Shown: positions 44,005 to 54,253 of the stretch, in pieces | How the letters are laid out: each line of letters starts with the position of its first letter | Position numbering within the stretch: position 1 is the first letter of the stretch | Made by a program: the position numbers and the translations under genes | Notes under the pieces: model-generated | What the model was told of the DNA's origin: nothing | Seen by the model: the letters and a program-made list of their open reading frames with translations, nothing else | Databases searched by the model: none | From: a virus | Length of the DNA stretch: 64,000 nt | Virus record (IMG/VR): IMGVR_UViG_3300045125_000165 | Direction: 5' to 3' (one strand)

Positions 44005-44034
44005 AAAGCACATTAGGAAACTAATGTGCTTTCC
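44003..44034. terminator. perfect 14-bp hairpin with a GAAA loop
   Basis: GGAAAGCACATTAG-GAAA-CTAATGTGCTTTCC at the tape measure stop. Confidence 0.75.
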
Positions 44035-47000
44035 TATTGGTTAACCCTCAGCAATTGCTGCTGTAGTCGGTACATTTGAAGATCGGGACGCTCAACATTA
44101 TTGAATACAGGGCTTAGCACCTGATTAGGTCTACTCAAGCGATCGCCGATCTGACTCAACAAACTATTTTGTAATTTCATTTCTGCTAATAGCTCAGTAT
44201 TACTAAACCGCAAAGCCGAAGCGATCGCGCCAAAGTTCAAGTTAGGCAAATTACCAGAATCAAACACACCTAGCGATCCAAGCTGTTTAGTTTCCGAGGC
44301 ATTGTGTACCCATGAAGGGGCATCAAATTCGATTGTGCGCTCTCCATTGGGTAAAAGTGTAGTCTCTAACGTTTGCAGATTTGTAACAGCTTCCTGACCC
44401 TTTTCGTTGACAGTTACGGGGGTATCTGTGGGGGCTAGTCCACCAGTAAATAAACCGAGTGGATTTCTTGCTGCTCTACGTTGTGCATCCTGACTGCGAT
44501 TAACCCTAACTGCATAAGCCTTAGCCTCTGCTCCGTTTGGATTATCGATAATTTTGGCGTACAGGTCATCGGAATTAGTCGCAGGATCTTGATTGCGTAG
44601 GTTCTCGATCTGTCCTTGGCGATCGGCATTTTTACCTGCATCGCTATTATTAGCGATCGCCTATCCACTACACCAAAAATCTGATTTTGCTTTGCGATGT
44701 TGGCATTTTTAGCTGTGGTTGCAGCATTAAATCCCTTGATTGCAGCATTTTCGTTATCGACTTGTTGGGGGATATTGGCTTTTTGTGTGGATTGCTGTTG
44801 CGCTTGTTGCTGTGCCTGCACTGCTTCAGCTTGTTTCTGTTTAGCAGCTTGCTCCTCACGTGATTTAAAGATTGGGTTTTCGCTAAGTTTTTTGGCTTGG
44901 GCAATGACTTCCTGTAACCCTGCTTTGGTTGCCTTGAGTGAGTCTGGTAAGGATGCAAAATTATCCTTAATTTGCTGACTGGTGTTCTCAAAGCCACCGC
45001 GCCATCAGCAACACTGGCTAGATCTTGTTTGCGATCGTCCAATACTTTTTGGACTTCTTCGGGACTCTTTGCTTCGGCAAGTTTTTTCTCGGCTTCAGAG
45101 TTTTTAGCGATCGCAGGTGTAGCTACTTCCTTAGCTTTAATGGCTTCAGAGGATTGCAGCCCAACCAAACCTTTGTCTGCACCCTCAATTCGACTCTTGA
45201 AGGCAGCACTACTTTGCTCTTGGTTAAATGTTTCACGCTCTGATTTTTGGGTTTCTTTCAAGGTTTGACGTTGCAAAGCGCCAATTTGCTTATTATTTTT
45301 GACCTGCTCATCGGTAAGCGCTACCAACTCTAAGGCACTGGCGATCGCCTCTTTATTGCCAGACTCCTTAGCTCGAATCAGTGCGATCTTCGCTTCAATT
45401 TGTAGCTGTCTATCCCTGATTTGCGATTGCTGGATCTGTACTTCAAGTTCACGTTTAGCATTGGCTTGATCTTGCTCAAATTTACGGGCTTTGAGTTCCA
45501 AGACCTTTTGTTCTTGATCGTAAATTTGACGGGCAAGGCTTAGCTCACTTTGCCCCGCACTGACACCTAGCTCTGCCAATCTTTGACGGGTGAGACGTTC
45601 TTTCTCTTTGTCAATGGCTGCCTGTTCAGCTGCTTTCGCTTGTTCGGCGGCGGCATCTTCGGCGGCGAACTGTGCCTCTTTTTGCTTTTTAGCTTCCTCA
45701 TCCAATCCTTTAAGCTGAGTTTTGCGTTGTGCATCCCTCTGTTTTTGTTCCTCAGCAAGCGATTTTTCGCGACCAGCCCTCAACAATTCATCAACTTCTT
45801 TCAATGCTGACAATCGATTTTCTGCACCCTTCAACTGTGCATCAGCGATCGCGCTTTGCAACTTAACCTGTGCATTGAGTAATGAGTTCTGTGATTCGAG
45901 TAATTTAACTACGCGCTCGCTGGTGGTTTTCTCGATTTCCAGCGCATTGATCTTTTGCTCATACAGGATTTTATTTCGGGCGATCAGGTTGTCAGTCGCA
46001 TCGAGGTTTAGTTTGGCGATATCTGCCTCTTGACTGCCAATCTTGAGAATTAGCTCCTCACGCTCTTTCTGGGAACCAACAAAGTTAGCTAGATTCGTTT
46101 TGTCGAACTCTAAAACGCGCCGCTTATCTGCCAGTTCGCTCTCGATGGTCTGCTTTTTGATTAGCAGGGTTCGCTCTTCAAGTTGGCGATCGTTCTCAAA
46201 GCCGCCTAGCTTCAATGCTTGGATGCCCGCCTGTGTCGCTAGTTCGGCTTTCTTGCGGAGGTCTGCGTTGGCTGATAACTCGCGATCGAGTCCTGCTCGT
46301 AGCGCGGCTACTTGCTTCTGGATCTCCTCAGTTTGGATTTTGGAAAGTTCTGCTACAGCTTTTTTGCGCTGAGTAATCAGATCACGTTCAACATCAGAAC
46401 CTGCGATCGCAAACTCCCAGCTTTTCATCAATGCCTTTAATTTCGAGGTTTTTGGCTTCCTCCTTGAGCGCTGGAAGTCTTTTTAATGCCATCAATTTCA
46501 GATAAAGATCCAGCTTCAATTTGAGCTTGAATAGCAGCTTGCTTGGTGTTATTACTGTCGGCTTGGGCTTTGTTTTCTTTGTCAATGATCGCTGTAGCAG
46601 CCTTTGCAGCAGCAACGCGATCCTCCTTGAGTAAAAATTCTCCCTCACTAATCTCTTTGAGTCGCTTCAAACCTTCTTCTTTGCTTCGAGCGCCTAACTC
46701 AATCTCTTCTTGAAGTACGCCCACAAAGGTTTTTGCTTGCGTGACTGCACGGTTTGTCCCTTTCTTGAACTCATCATAGTAATTGTTGCTTACAGTATTA
46801 AACTGCTCTTTAAGAGTGCCTTGGTTCGCCGCCTTTTGACCTGCGATCGTGGTTTCATCAAGATTGTTTACAATGTCTTGTAGGAACTGTTTAAGTCGCT
46901 TGATTTCTTCCTTGGCTTCATCTTCATTGAGTTTAAAAACAGCAAAAGATTTATTGTTGTCAACAGCATCCTGTAAATCCTTGATCTGCCTTGGAATATC

Positions 47001-49004
47001 TGTCGCCGTTTCAGCCAACAGTTTTTTGTAACCTTCAAGCTGTTTTCTACCTTCTTCTGTAATAGTTCCAGCCTTTTGCTGATTTTGTAGTTCCTTTAGC
47101 CTTTTAGTGAATCTGCCAATAGTTGAACCCGTATTATCGACACTGTTTTTCCAAGCGTCTACAGTTTTCTTGGAAGCGTCAACAGCTACGGTGAAAGCCA
47201 CTACAGCCCCGATCGCCGCCACAGCAGCCAAAGCAACAAATGCAGCATTAACACTCAGTAAGGCGGCGCGAAGCGCTGCTAATGCACTACCCGCACTGGA
47301 AACCGAAGCGGCAAATTGAACTTGCAAGATTGAGATAAACGCCCGAATACTACCGATCAATCCAGATGCGATCGGATCTACAAATCCCATTCGGAAAGCC
47401 AACAATGTAAAGGCTGTAGTTGCACCATTTACAGCTAAGGCTAGTAAACCCACCGTAACAACAAAACGCCCCGCACCCGTATTTAGCCCTTGCAGCAAAG
47501 GAACTATAGTTACATTTAAGATTGCGGCGATCGCAGACAACGCAAGTAACACCCCATTCAAGGCAACCCCTAGCAATGGCACAGATGTTTGAGCGATCGT
47601 GCCTATGGCAGTAAATAGCCCTTGAATCGTGGGATAAACTGAGCTAAAACAGTCCCAACCTGTGTTGAGATAGCAACAAGTCCAGAGCTTAGATTAGAAA
47701 CAAAAGCTTCAATCTGAGGTTGTGCCGCAGTTAGGCTGTCATAAACTTTTGTCAATTGCTCAACTACAGGAGGTAAAACAACCTTACCAAAGCTTTCTTG
47801 TAATCTCTGGAAAAGCTCAACGATATTACTGGTGACACCCCCAAAAGTTTTAGCCATCAGAGATTGGGCTGAAGTTAGGGCTTCCGTTTTCTTTAACAAG
47901 AATTCTACAAGAGTACCTTTCGCTTTTTCTTGCTGTATCTGGGTGTTAGTAATGGCGAGACTCTTTGCCAAAGCTGAGTTTTGGTCGATAGTTCCCTGAA
48001 GAATAGATGTAATTTCTTGTCTGGCTCCCGCCAACCTCCGCAAGAAAGCCGAGGGCAGACCCAATGCACTGAATGAGCCGCCGAACGCCTTGGTTAGTTT
48101 TGCGGCATCGTCTAAGCTAGCCCCGATATTCCCGATTTCACCTGAAATTATGAAAAACGAATTTAATAGGTCGTCAGATGTGATATTTGCAAGTTCGAGG
48201 CTATCGCGTCTTACTTGAGCTGATCGCCTTGTTAACTGAAGGTGCTAACTTATTAATTTTTTCTAGTGGGTCAGCAATGCTTTTGCCTCCAACCTGAATA
48301 TCATTAGTGGCGACTAAAGCTCCCCGAATACTGATTAGCTGCTGTTCTAGCTGGATCGAACTACCAACTAAACTTTGAAAAGTGCTATTTGCTATTCCTG
48401 CAAAATTCTGGACAGAAAATACTAAGTTATTAAATCCAAAAGCGATTCCTTGAATACCACCTAATAAGCTTTTGCTAGAGGCTTCTTGCTGTTGTGCGGA
48501 TTGTTTTGTGGCGTTAGCTACTCTTGCTTCCAGCCACTTCTCGCTGAGCAGTTGCCTTAAGAATATTTTCATTAGCGATCGCAACCTTAGCCGCATCAAC
48601 TTGTTGTTGAGCGACTGATTTTTGAGTGGCTTGAGCTAGTTTTTCCTGAAAAGTTTGAGTCTGCGCGATCGCCTGTGCAATTTTTTGCTGAGAGACGACT
48701 TGTTGATCCGCCGATTTTTGTTGTGTTGCCGCCCGACCAATCGCAGCTTGTTCTAGTTGCTGCTCTTTGATCAGGGTTTTCGCCGCTTCTTGGTTCGCTC
48801 TTTCTTGAGTAATTTGAGTTTTGGCGATCGCCTGTGCCAACTTCTCTTGCTCAATTGCAACTTTAGAGAAGCCAGAAGTCAGCGAGACATTAAAAACTGT
48901 CGCAGTTTTCGCAAGCTGATTTAACTCGTTGAGGAGGCTTGTTAAATCATTTTTAGCTGCGAAGCGTCTGCGGAAAGCTTTAATTCGAGTTTACGATCTG
49001 CCAT
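44034..49004 (-). CDS. tail tape measure protein (split into about 7 ORFs)
   Basis: Start MADRKLELKLSADAS; Ala-rich coiled coils, central hydrophobic region, TFGGVTSNI motif; about 1650 codons. Confidence 0.85.
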
Positions 49005-49027
49005 TGGTGAGAACCATGCTTAGGCTT

Positions 49028-49069
49028 CCCACGAAAGGCACTCGCAAAACTTGCGACTAGACTATTTTA
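49028..49069 (-). promoter_or_regulatory. late-gene leader motif copy D (tape measure)
   Basis: TAAAAT, TCGCAA/TTGCGA hairpin, GAGTGCCTTTCGTGGG. Confidence 0.8.
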
Positions 49070-49101
49070 CGTTAAAATTCTGGTAAGACTAGGAGATCTT
49101 T

Positions 49102-49491
49102 ATGAAACGCAGAGATTTTGTAATTGGGTTAGTAGCGGCGATCGCGTTGTCTAGTTGTGGTCTGGGTAAACACCCTCTTGTTGGTAAATGGCAATGTGTT
49201 AATCCAAAAGGCTATGTTGCGAGTACAACAGAATTTTTAGCTGACGGTACACAAATTCAGGTCGCAGAATATGTTAGCCGTCCTCCTTTTATGAAAGAGC
49301 CTTACATGAGTGATGCTGAATGGGAAACAAAGAAAAGTCAAAAAACAACCTTAACAACTACTTGGAAAGCTATCGAAGGCGATCGCATCTCAGTAACTAA
49401 CCAAGGCAAAATAGCCATCTTCACTTACAAAATAACTGGCAACTCATTGCAGCTAGATCCGCCTGATGGCATCAAATGCGATCGGATATAA
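49102..49491 (+). CDS. lipoprotein (moron-like)
   Basis: MKRRDF.. signal peptide with lipobox LSS-C; AGGAG RBS; downstream terminator 49492-49528. Confidence 0.75.
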   Translation: MKRRDFVIGLVAAIALSSCGLGKHPLVGKWQCVNPKGYVASTTEFLADGTQIQVAEYVSRPPFMKEPYMSDAEWETKKSQKTTLTTTWKAIEGDRISVTNQGKIAIFTYKITGNSLQLDPPDGIKCDRI

Positions 49492-49524
49492 AAAAGGTGG
49501 AAGTTAAATTAGCTTCCACCTTTT

Positions 49525-50090
49525 TTATATATCTAGGCTTAATTGTATAGGGGTAGACTCTTGTTTGGCTTCAATCTGTACTGGTAAATCAGGATGATCG
49601 CCCCATAGAATCCTAATTGCGTCATTGGGTATATCCGCCCATGAAGTTAATTTGTACCCAGTCCATCCTTTATAGGATTTCCCATTACGGATTATCAAAG
49701 AGAATTTGTGGCGTTGCCCTTCGATCTTAAAGCCCATTTCAGTAGCAAATTGAGAGGGGATATCGGAAACGTATATTATTCCTTCAGGAGAGATGTAAAT
49801 AATTGGATCTGATTTAGTTCCCAATGATTTTAATCGTAAAGACAAGGAAAGGCTTGCTGCATTTTTCAGCTTAACACCTTGATCTTGTTTAGCACTTTCC
49901 CTGAGCTTTTGTTGATCAACTACGGCTAATTCTTGGTATGGCGCTAAATCAGGGCGATCGCCTCTCTATAGTCAGCACTACCTTTTGGCATAAATTGCCC
50001 TCCCTGTGGATGCCCAGTAGGATATCTGGGATGCAGATTTGGATCGAATGCTGCTTTTAGTTTTTGCTTTTGGACTGGGGATATTTTCAT
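49525..50090 (-). CDS. protein with an N-terminal NLHPR..GGQF motif and a NUMOD-like C-terminus (frameshifted)
   Basis: MKISPVQKQKLKAAFDPNLHPRYPTGHPQGGQF; C-terminal ..RNGKSYKGWT. Confidence 0.45.
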
Positions 50091-50155
50091 GGGGATAGGC
50101 GATCGGTTGCCTTAATTTTACCAGTTACCGTAACTGGCAGGAATCTATAAAGCTC

Positions 50156-50769
50156 TCAAGGGTTAGCTTTGATTTTTGCCGCCTTACCCACGATCGCCAG
50201 TTCCCTACAACCAGTAGAAGTACCAAGCAGTAAAGCCTGATTGGTGACAGTCTTTTCTATGCCATTGCGAACATCGCGACATAGGCAACGACCTCTAGGA
50301 GCGTAATCAATAATTTCCCAGTTACCAAACCGATCGCCTATCTTAACTTTACGCTCAATAACCTTGGGGCGATCGCTAAAACTCCTACCATTGCTTTCCA
50401 CAATCTCAGAGATCCGCTTAAAGCTAACCTTCAAGGATTTGGCTATTTCTTGGTAAGTACAGTCATTATCAAATAACTTTAGTATCTCAGCCTCTTTTTG
50501 GGGTGTAAGCGGTCTAGGGGGACTCTATGGCTATTTGTCTGCTTAATCGCTAGATGAGGCGTTTCCATCAGTATTTTGTGGACATACTGACGCGATACTT
50601 TTACGCCGTTGCTGGTGAATAGATCGGCGATCGCGCTACAGCTATTTGTTTTATATAGAGCGTGCATTAGTGGGACTTGAATCTCTGGATTGTTTACTAG
50701 ATTTTCGGGCGGATTGGTTTTTAAAAGCTTCTCGACATAGGCGATCGCTTTTTTAGTGACTTTAGGCAT
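50156..50769 (-). CDS. HTH / homing-endonuclease-accessory-like protein (probably one frameshifted gene)
   Basis: VSRQYVHKIL HTH; KIGDRFGNWEII..CLC. Confidence 0.4.
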
Positions 50770-50910
50770 AGCTGTTACTGAGTACTGTTTTTATTAGTGT
50801 AACTGCATTGTTGTGGTTTGTCTATGGGGCTGTGGGGATGTGTGGCGACAAAAAAACTGGCGTATCCATTGTGGATACGCCAGTTAAAGGATGGGAAATA
50901 GCGCGATTGC

Positions 50911-51306
50911 TTATTTTTTGTAGGCTTTCTTAATAGCTTGAGTTAACTCATGGCGATCGCTTTTCTTTACCCCGTCTGAAAATATAATTTCTAAGCCGTT
51001 GTTTTCAATCCAGACATGGATAAAGTGATTCTCTACGCACTTATCCAACCCGTGAAACTCAAAATAACTGTCTTTAATTTTGGTTGCTTGGTATCTATTG
51101 TTGAGCAGTAAAACCTCTTTAGATGGAAGCGCTTTAACCGCTTGTGGTTTATTTGTATCCCCACCCGAAACCCAGATTTTACCAGTACCAGAACACTCAA
51201 AGCAGATCCCGCCTTCAATATGAACAAAGGGAGTCATCCCAGATCCGATACATTTAGGACAAATTCCTTCGATTTTTTGTACTCGCTTTGCCAGTAAAAC
51301 TTCCAT
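50911..51306 (-). CDS. zinc-finger phage protein
   Basis: CPKCIGSG..HIEGGICFECSGTG. Confidence 0.7.
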   Translation of the reverse strand: MEVLLAKRVQKIEGICPKCIGSGMTPFVHIEGGICFECSGTGKIWVSGGDTNKPQAVKALPSKEVLLLNNRYQATKIKDSYFEFHGLDKCVENHFIHVWIENNGLEIIFSDGVKKSDRHELTQAIKKAYKK

Positions 51307-51342
51307 TTCTTTAATCTTTTTTAATTACCTTTGACACTTTTA

Positions 51343-51372
51343 ACTATAATTCTAATTATTCTATTTTGTCAA
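51343..51372 (-). promoter_or_regulatory. sigma70-type promoter (third copy of the early promoter block)
   Basis: TTGACA-N18-TATAGT, sharing TTGACAAAnTAGAATAAT with 7359 and 10539. Confidence 0.75.
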
Positions 51373-51512
51373 CTACTTTCTTAAAATAGATTTAGCCTAA
51401 ATGCAGAGCGCCCGATCGCCCGTTCCTAGTTTCGGAAAATGGTAAAATATTTATAGCGATCGCAGTTTTGAAGGGTGCGATCGCGTAACACAATTACTGA
51501 ACAGGAGTAATC

Positions 51513-51917
51513 ATGTCCATAAATACTATAAAGGCAATTAGAGCCGAAGTTAATCTTGGAGATTTTTCGTTTGATGCTTACGAACTGCCAAGTGGCGAAA
51601 AGAGGATAGGTTTTGCGGGTGCAGCTAATATACTTGGCTACGAAAAGAACTGGCTAGGGGCGTTACCAAAACGCAGTCCAAAACAGTTGAAAGAGTTGCA
51701 GGGTATGGGTTACACAGGGTTACCGATTGAGGTTAGTGTTTGGGAGAGATCTCAGGGTGGTGGCGGAAAATCCAGCACGATCTCAATTCGCGATTTCACC
51801 AAACTTGCAGCTTTTGAAGCGATCAAGAAAAAGAGTAAAGGGGCAAAGGCGGCGATCAATGTGATTGCGAACTACATGAACATTAAACAGGAAGACAGGA
51901 AATTAGAATGGCTATGA
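51513..51917 (+). CDS. P63C-like phage regulatory protein
   Basis: IKAIRAEVNLGDFSFDAYELPSGE; AGGAG RBS. Confidence 0.55.
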   Translation: MSINTIKAIRAEVNLGDFSFDAYELPSGEKRIGFAGAANILGYEKNWLGALPKRSPKQLKELQGMGYTGLPIEVSVWERSQGGGGKSSTISIRDFTKLAAFEAIKKKSKGAKAAINVIANYMNIKQEDRKLEWL

Positions 51918-53279
51918 ATGAGAATAAAATTCAGCAGATTCAAAATAATTATGTAGCGGCGATCGCCGCAGTGAATCAAATCGGCGAAGCACTTGGCTTG
52001 ACTCGCAACAAAGATTTGACCACGATTTTACAGGCGATCGCCGATCTTAAAGTCCAAAACAGTGCCAATGCCAATTTAGCGGAACACTGCGATCGTTGCA
52101 TCCAAAAATAGCACCCAAAGCATTGAAGTGATCGCCGCCCAACTTGGAATCGACTTTAATGGGAATACTGAGCAGATCCATGAGGCGATCGAGGATCTTC
52201 AAAGAGAACCAAACAGAGTAGAACATTTAAAGCTGCTAAATGAACTCAAGGATGTTGATGATTTTTTGGCAGATCTCTCTAGGCAATTAAAATTATCCCG
52301 TCCAAAAAATCGTGAAGCAATAGTTGAAGCGATCGCAGAGTTGCAAGTCAAGGCGAAATTTAAGCCAAATGATGAAGAAAAAACGGAGCTAATTAATGAG
52401 ATCCGAGAAGCTAATGAATTGATTGCCGCGATCGCCATTGAACTCAATCTAAAAGACGATTTTGAAAGCATTGATTTAATCCGACAAGTCAAAGCTGAGC
52501 GACAGGCTAAAGAATGTGCGATGCTTGCTGCTAAAGAAAGGGGCGCAAGTTTAGACGCGATCGCGGAACAGTTGGGAGTTAGCTTTGATGGTGATGCAGC
52601 CAAGATTTATGACGCGATCGCTTATCTCAAGGATTCCAATCTAAAAATGCTTAAAGATAGGGTTAAGCCTGTGAAGATCAATGTCTTGCCTTATTTATTG
52701 GGAGAAGCGCTTAACCTTGGCAATGTTTTTGATGATGACGACGTACTAGAGGCGATCGCTAATCTCAAGCACTCGTTACAACTTAGCCAAAAGGAAGTTG
52801 ATGAACTGCAAGAAAAATCGCGGGACAGAGAAATCGTATTGTTACACTTGAAGATGAGTTAGCGATCGCTTAGAAATCGCCCTATTCCTCAAAAAAATTA
52901 ATTGGTCAGGTTAAAACTTTAAAGACGGAATTAGAGGCGATCGCTAATCAGCTTGGTTTTAATACATTTCATTCTGGACAAATATCTGATTGGATAAAAA
53001 GAATTGCAAGGAAAGCCTCAATCATCGAAAACACCGATATTGGCGAACTGCGCTCCGGAGCGTGATCATTATCGCGATATTCTGGACAAACTTTGCGATC
53101 GGCTAAACGTATCAAATATTGAAGCACTAGAACACGCTGCCAAGTATCAAGAAATGGATTTAGATTTTACCGCACAGCATAGTGAAGATTTGCGCGGTAA
53201 GTTGGTATCCTCACAGGCAATGAACCTCACATACTTGAATCGCATTGTTGAGCTTGAGAATGAGGTCGCGATCGCTTAA
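51908..53279 (+). CDS. helical repeat / coiled-coil protein (frameshifted)
   Basis: Repeats IAxQLGxxFxG..IxEAIxxL every ~45-50 aa across three ORFs. Confidence 0.6.
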
Positions 53280-53487
53280 GGAGCCTCAACCAACTACTGT
53301 TGCTAGAAGGCGATCGCCATGAATACAAAATTAAATTCCTTGAAAATGGTGAAATTGTCCGAGCCAAACTTGGCGAACCTTTTCCCGATGAAGATCAAGA
53401 AGTATGTGGCGATCGGCCTAACCAATGCCGAGCTTATCCAAATCATCGCGATCGCTGATCAAGCCTTAATTCTTAACCGTTTTTCTG

Positions 53488-54003
53488 TTAGGCTTCGTCT
53501 TCTGGTTCAGTCTCAACAGAAGCTTGGAGTTCATCTATGAAGTTATCGCGATCGCTATCGGGTAGCATTGAAGTTAGTCGCCAGACGGCATCTTCGTGGT
53601 ATAGCTGGCGATCGCCCAACATATTACCAGTCGCCAAGTCTTGATATTCTTCTTGAGCCTCAACGCCGCCTTTAATGCATTGCTGAGCCAGATTGAAATT
53701 ATCCGTTGCCAAGTCTTTGATAATCTCAACCTCAGTGGCTCCGATTACACCATCTTCGATATTGCCAAGGTCAAAATATTCTCTAGTTACTGGTACATCG
53801 CCAAATAGGTGCTTAATTCGTTCTCCAATGGTATCGACTGCTTCGACTAGTGCTTTGTACTCAACGTCAAGGACTAATTCGTGCAAGGCGGCAAAGTTAA
53901 TCCCCTTTGTGTTTTGGTGGTACTGATGGGTTTTTAACTGTAATAGCGCTGTATTGGCGGCGATCGGGCGCAAAATTTCAACTACGGGACTTGGTTTAGG
54001 CAT
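53488..54003 (-). CDS. dps: Dps / ferritin-like protein
   Basis: KTHQYHQN..G.NFAALHEL..E....VDTIGERI; ferroxidase His/His/Asp/Glu retained. Confidence 0.85.
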   Translation of the reverse strand: MPKPSPVVEILRPIAANTALLQLKTHQYHQNTKGINFAALHELVLDVEYKALVEAVDTIGERIKHLFGDVPVTREYFDLGNIEDGVIGATEVEIIKDLATDNFNLAQQCIKGGVEAQEEYQDLATGNMLGDRQLYHEDAVWRLTSMLPDSDRDNFIDELQASVETEPEDEA

Positions 54004-54253
54004 TGTTTTGTTTGAATAGAGATTTGTTGAATACTACTGTTATGACTGGTGCTATTACCTCAAACACCTCAATCCGATCTGCTTCTTTATCCGATCGCGT
54101 AGGCTCACCCAAGCCTAGTTTGATTTTTGTGGGGTGTTGGCAGATTCAATACGCGATCACCATTACTGATTTTTAATTGAGGCATTGCTTTGTAAGCGAG
54201 AGGACTGCTTATATTATTACCTGTTCCGGGAAGAGGAACACAAAAATCGATTC

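Noticed and set aside
44697-47319. Plus-strand ORFs over the tape measure gene
   Set aside because: Antisense shadows of Ala/Glu/Gln/Lys-rich codons, with no RBS or motifs.
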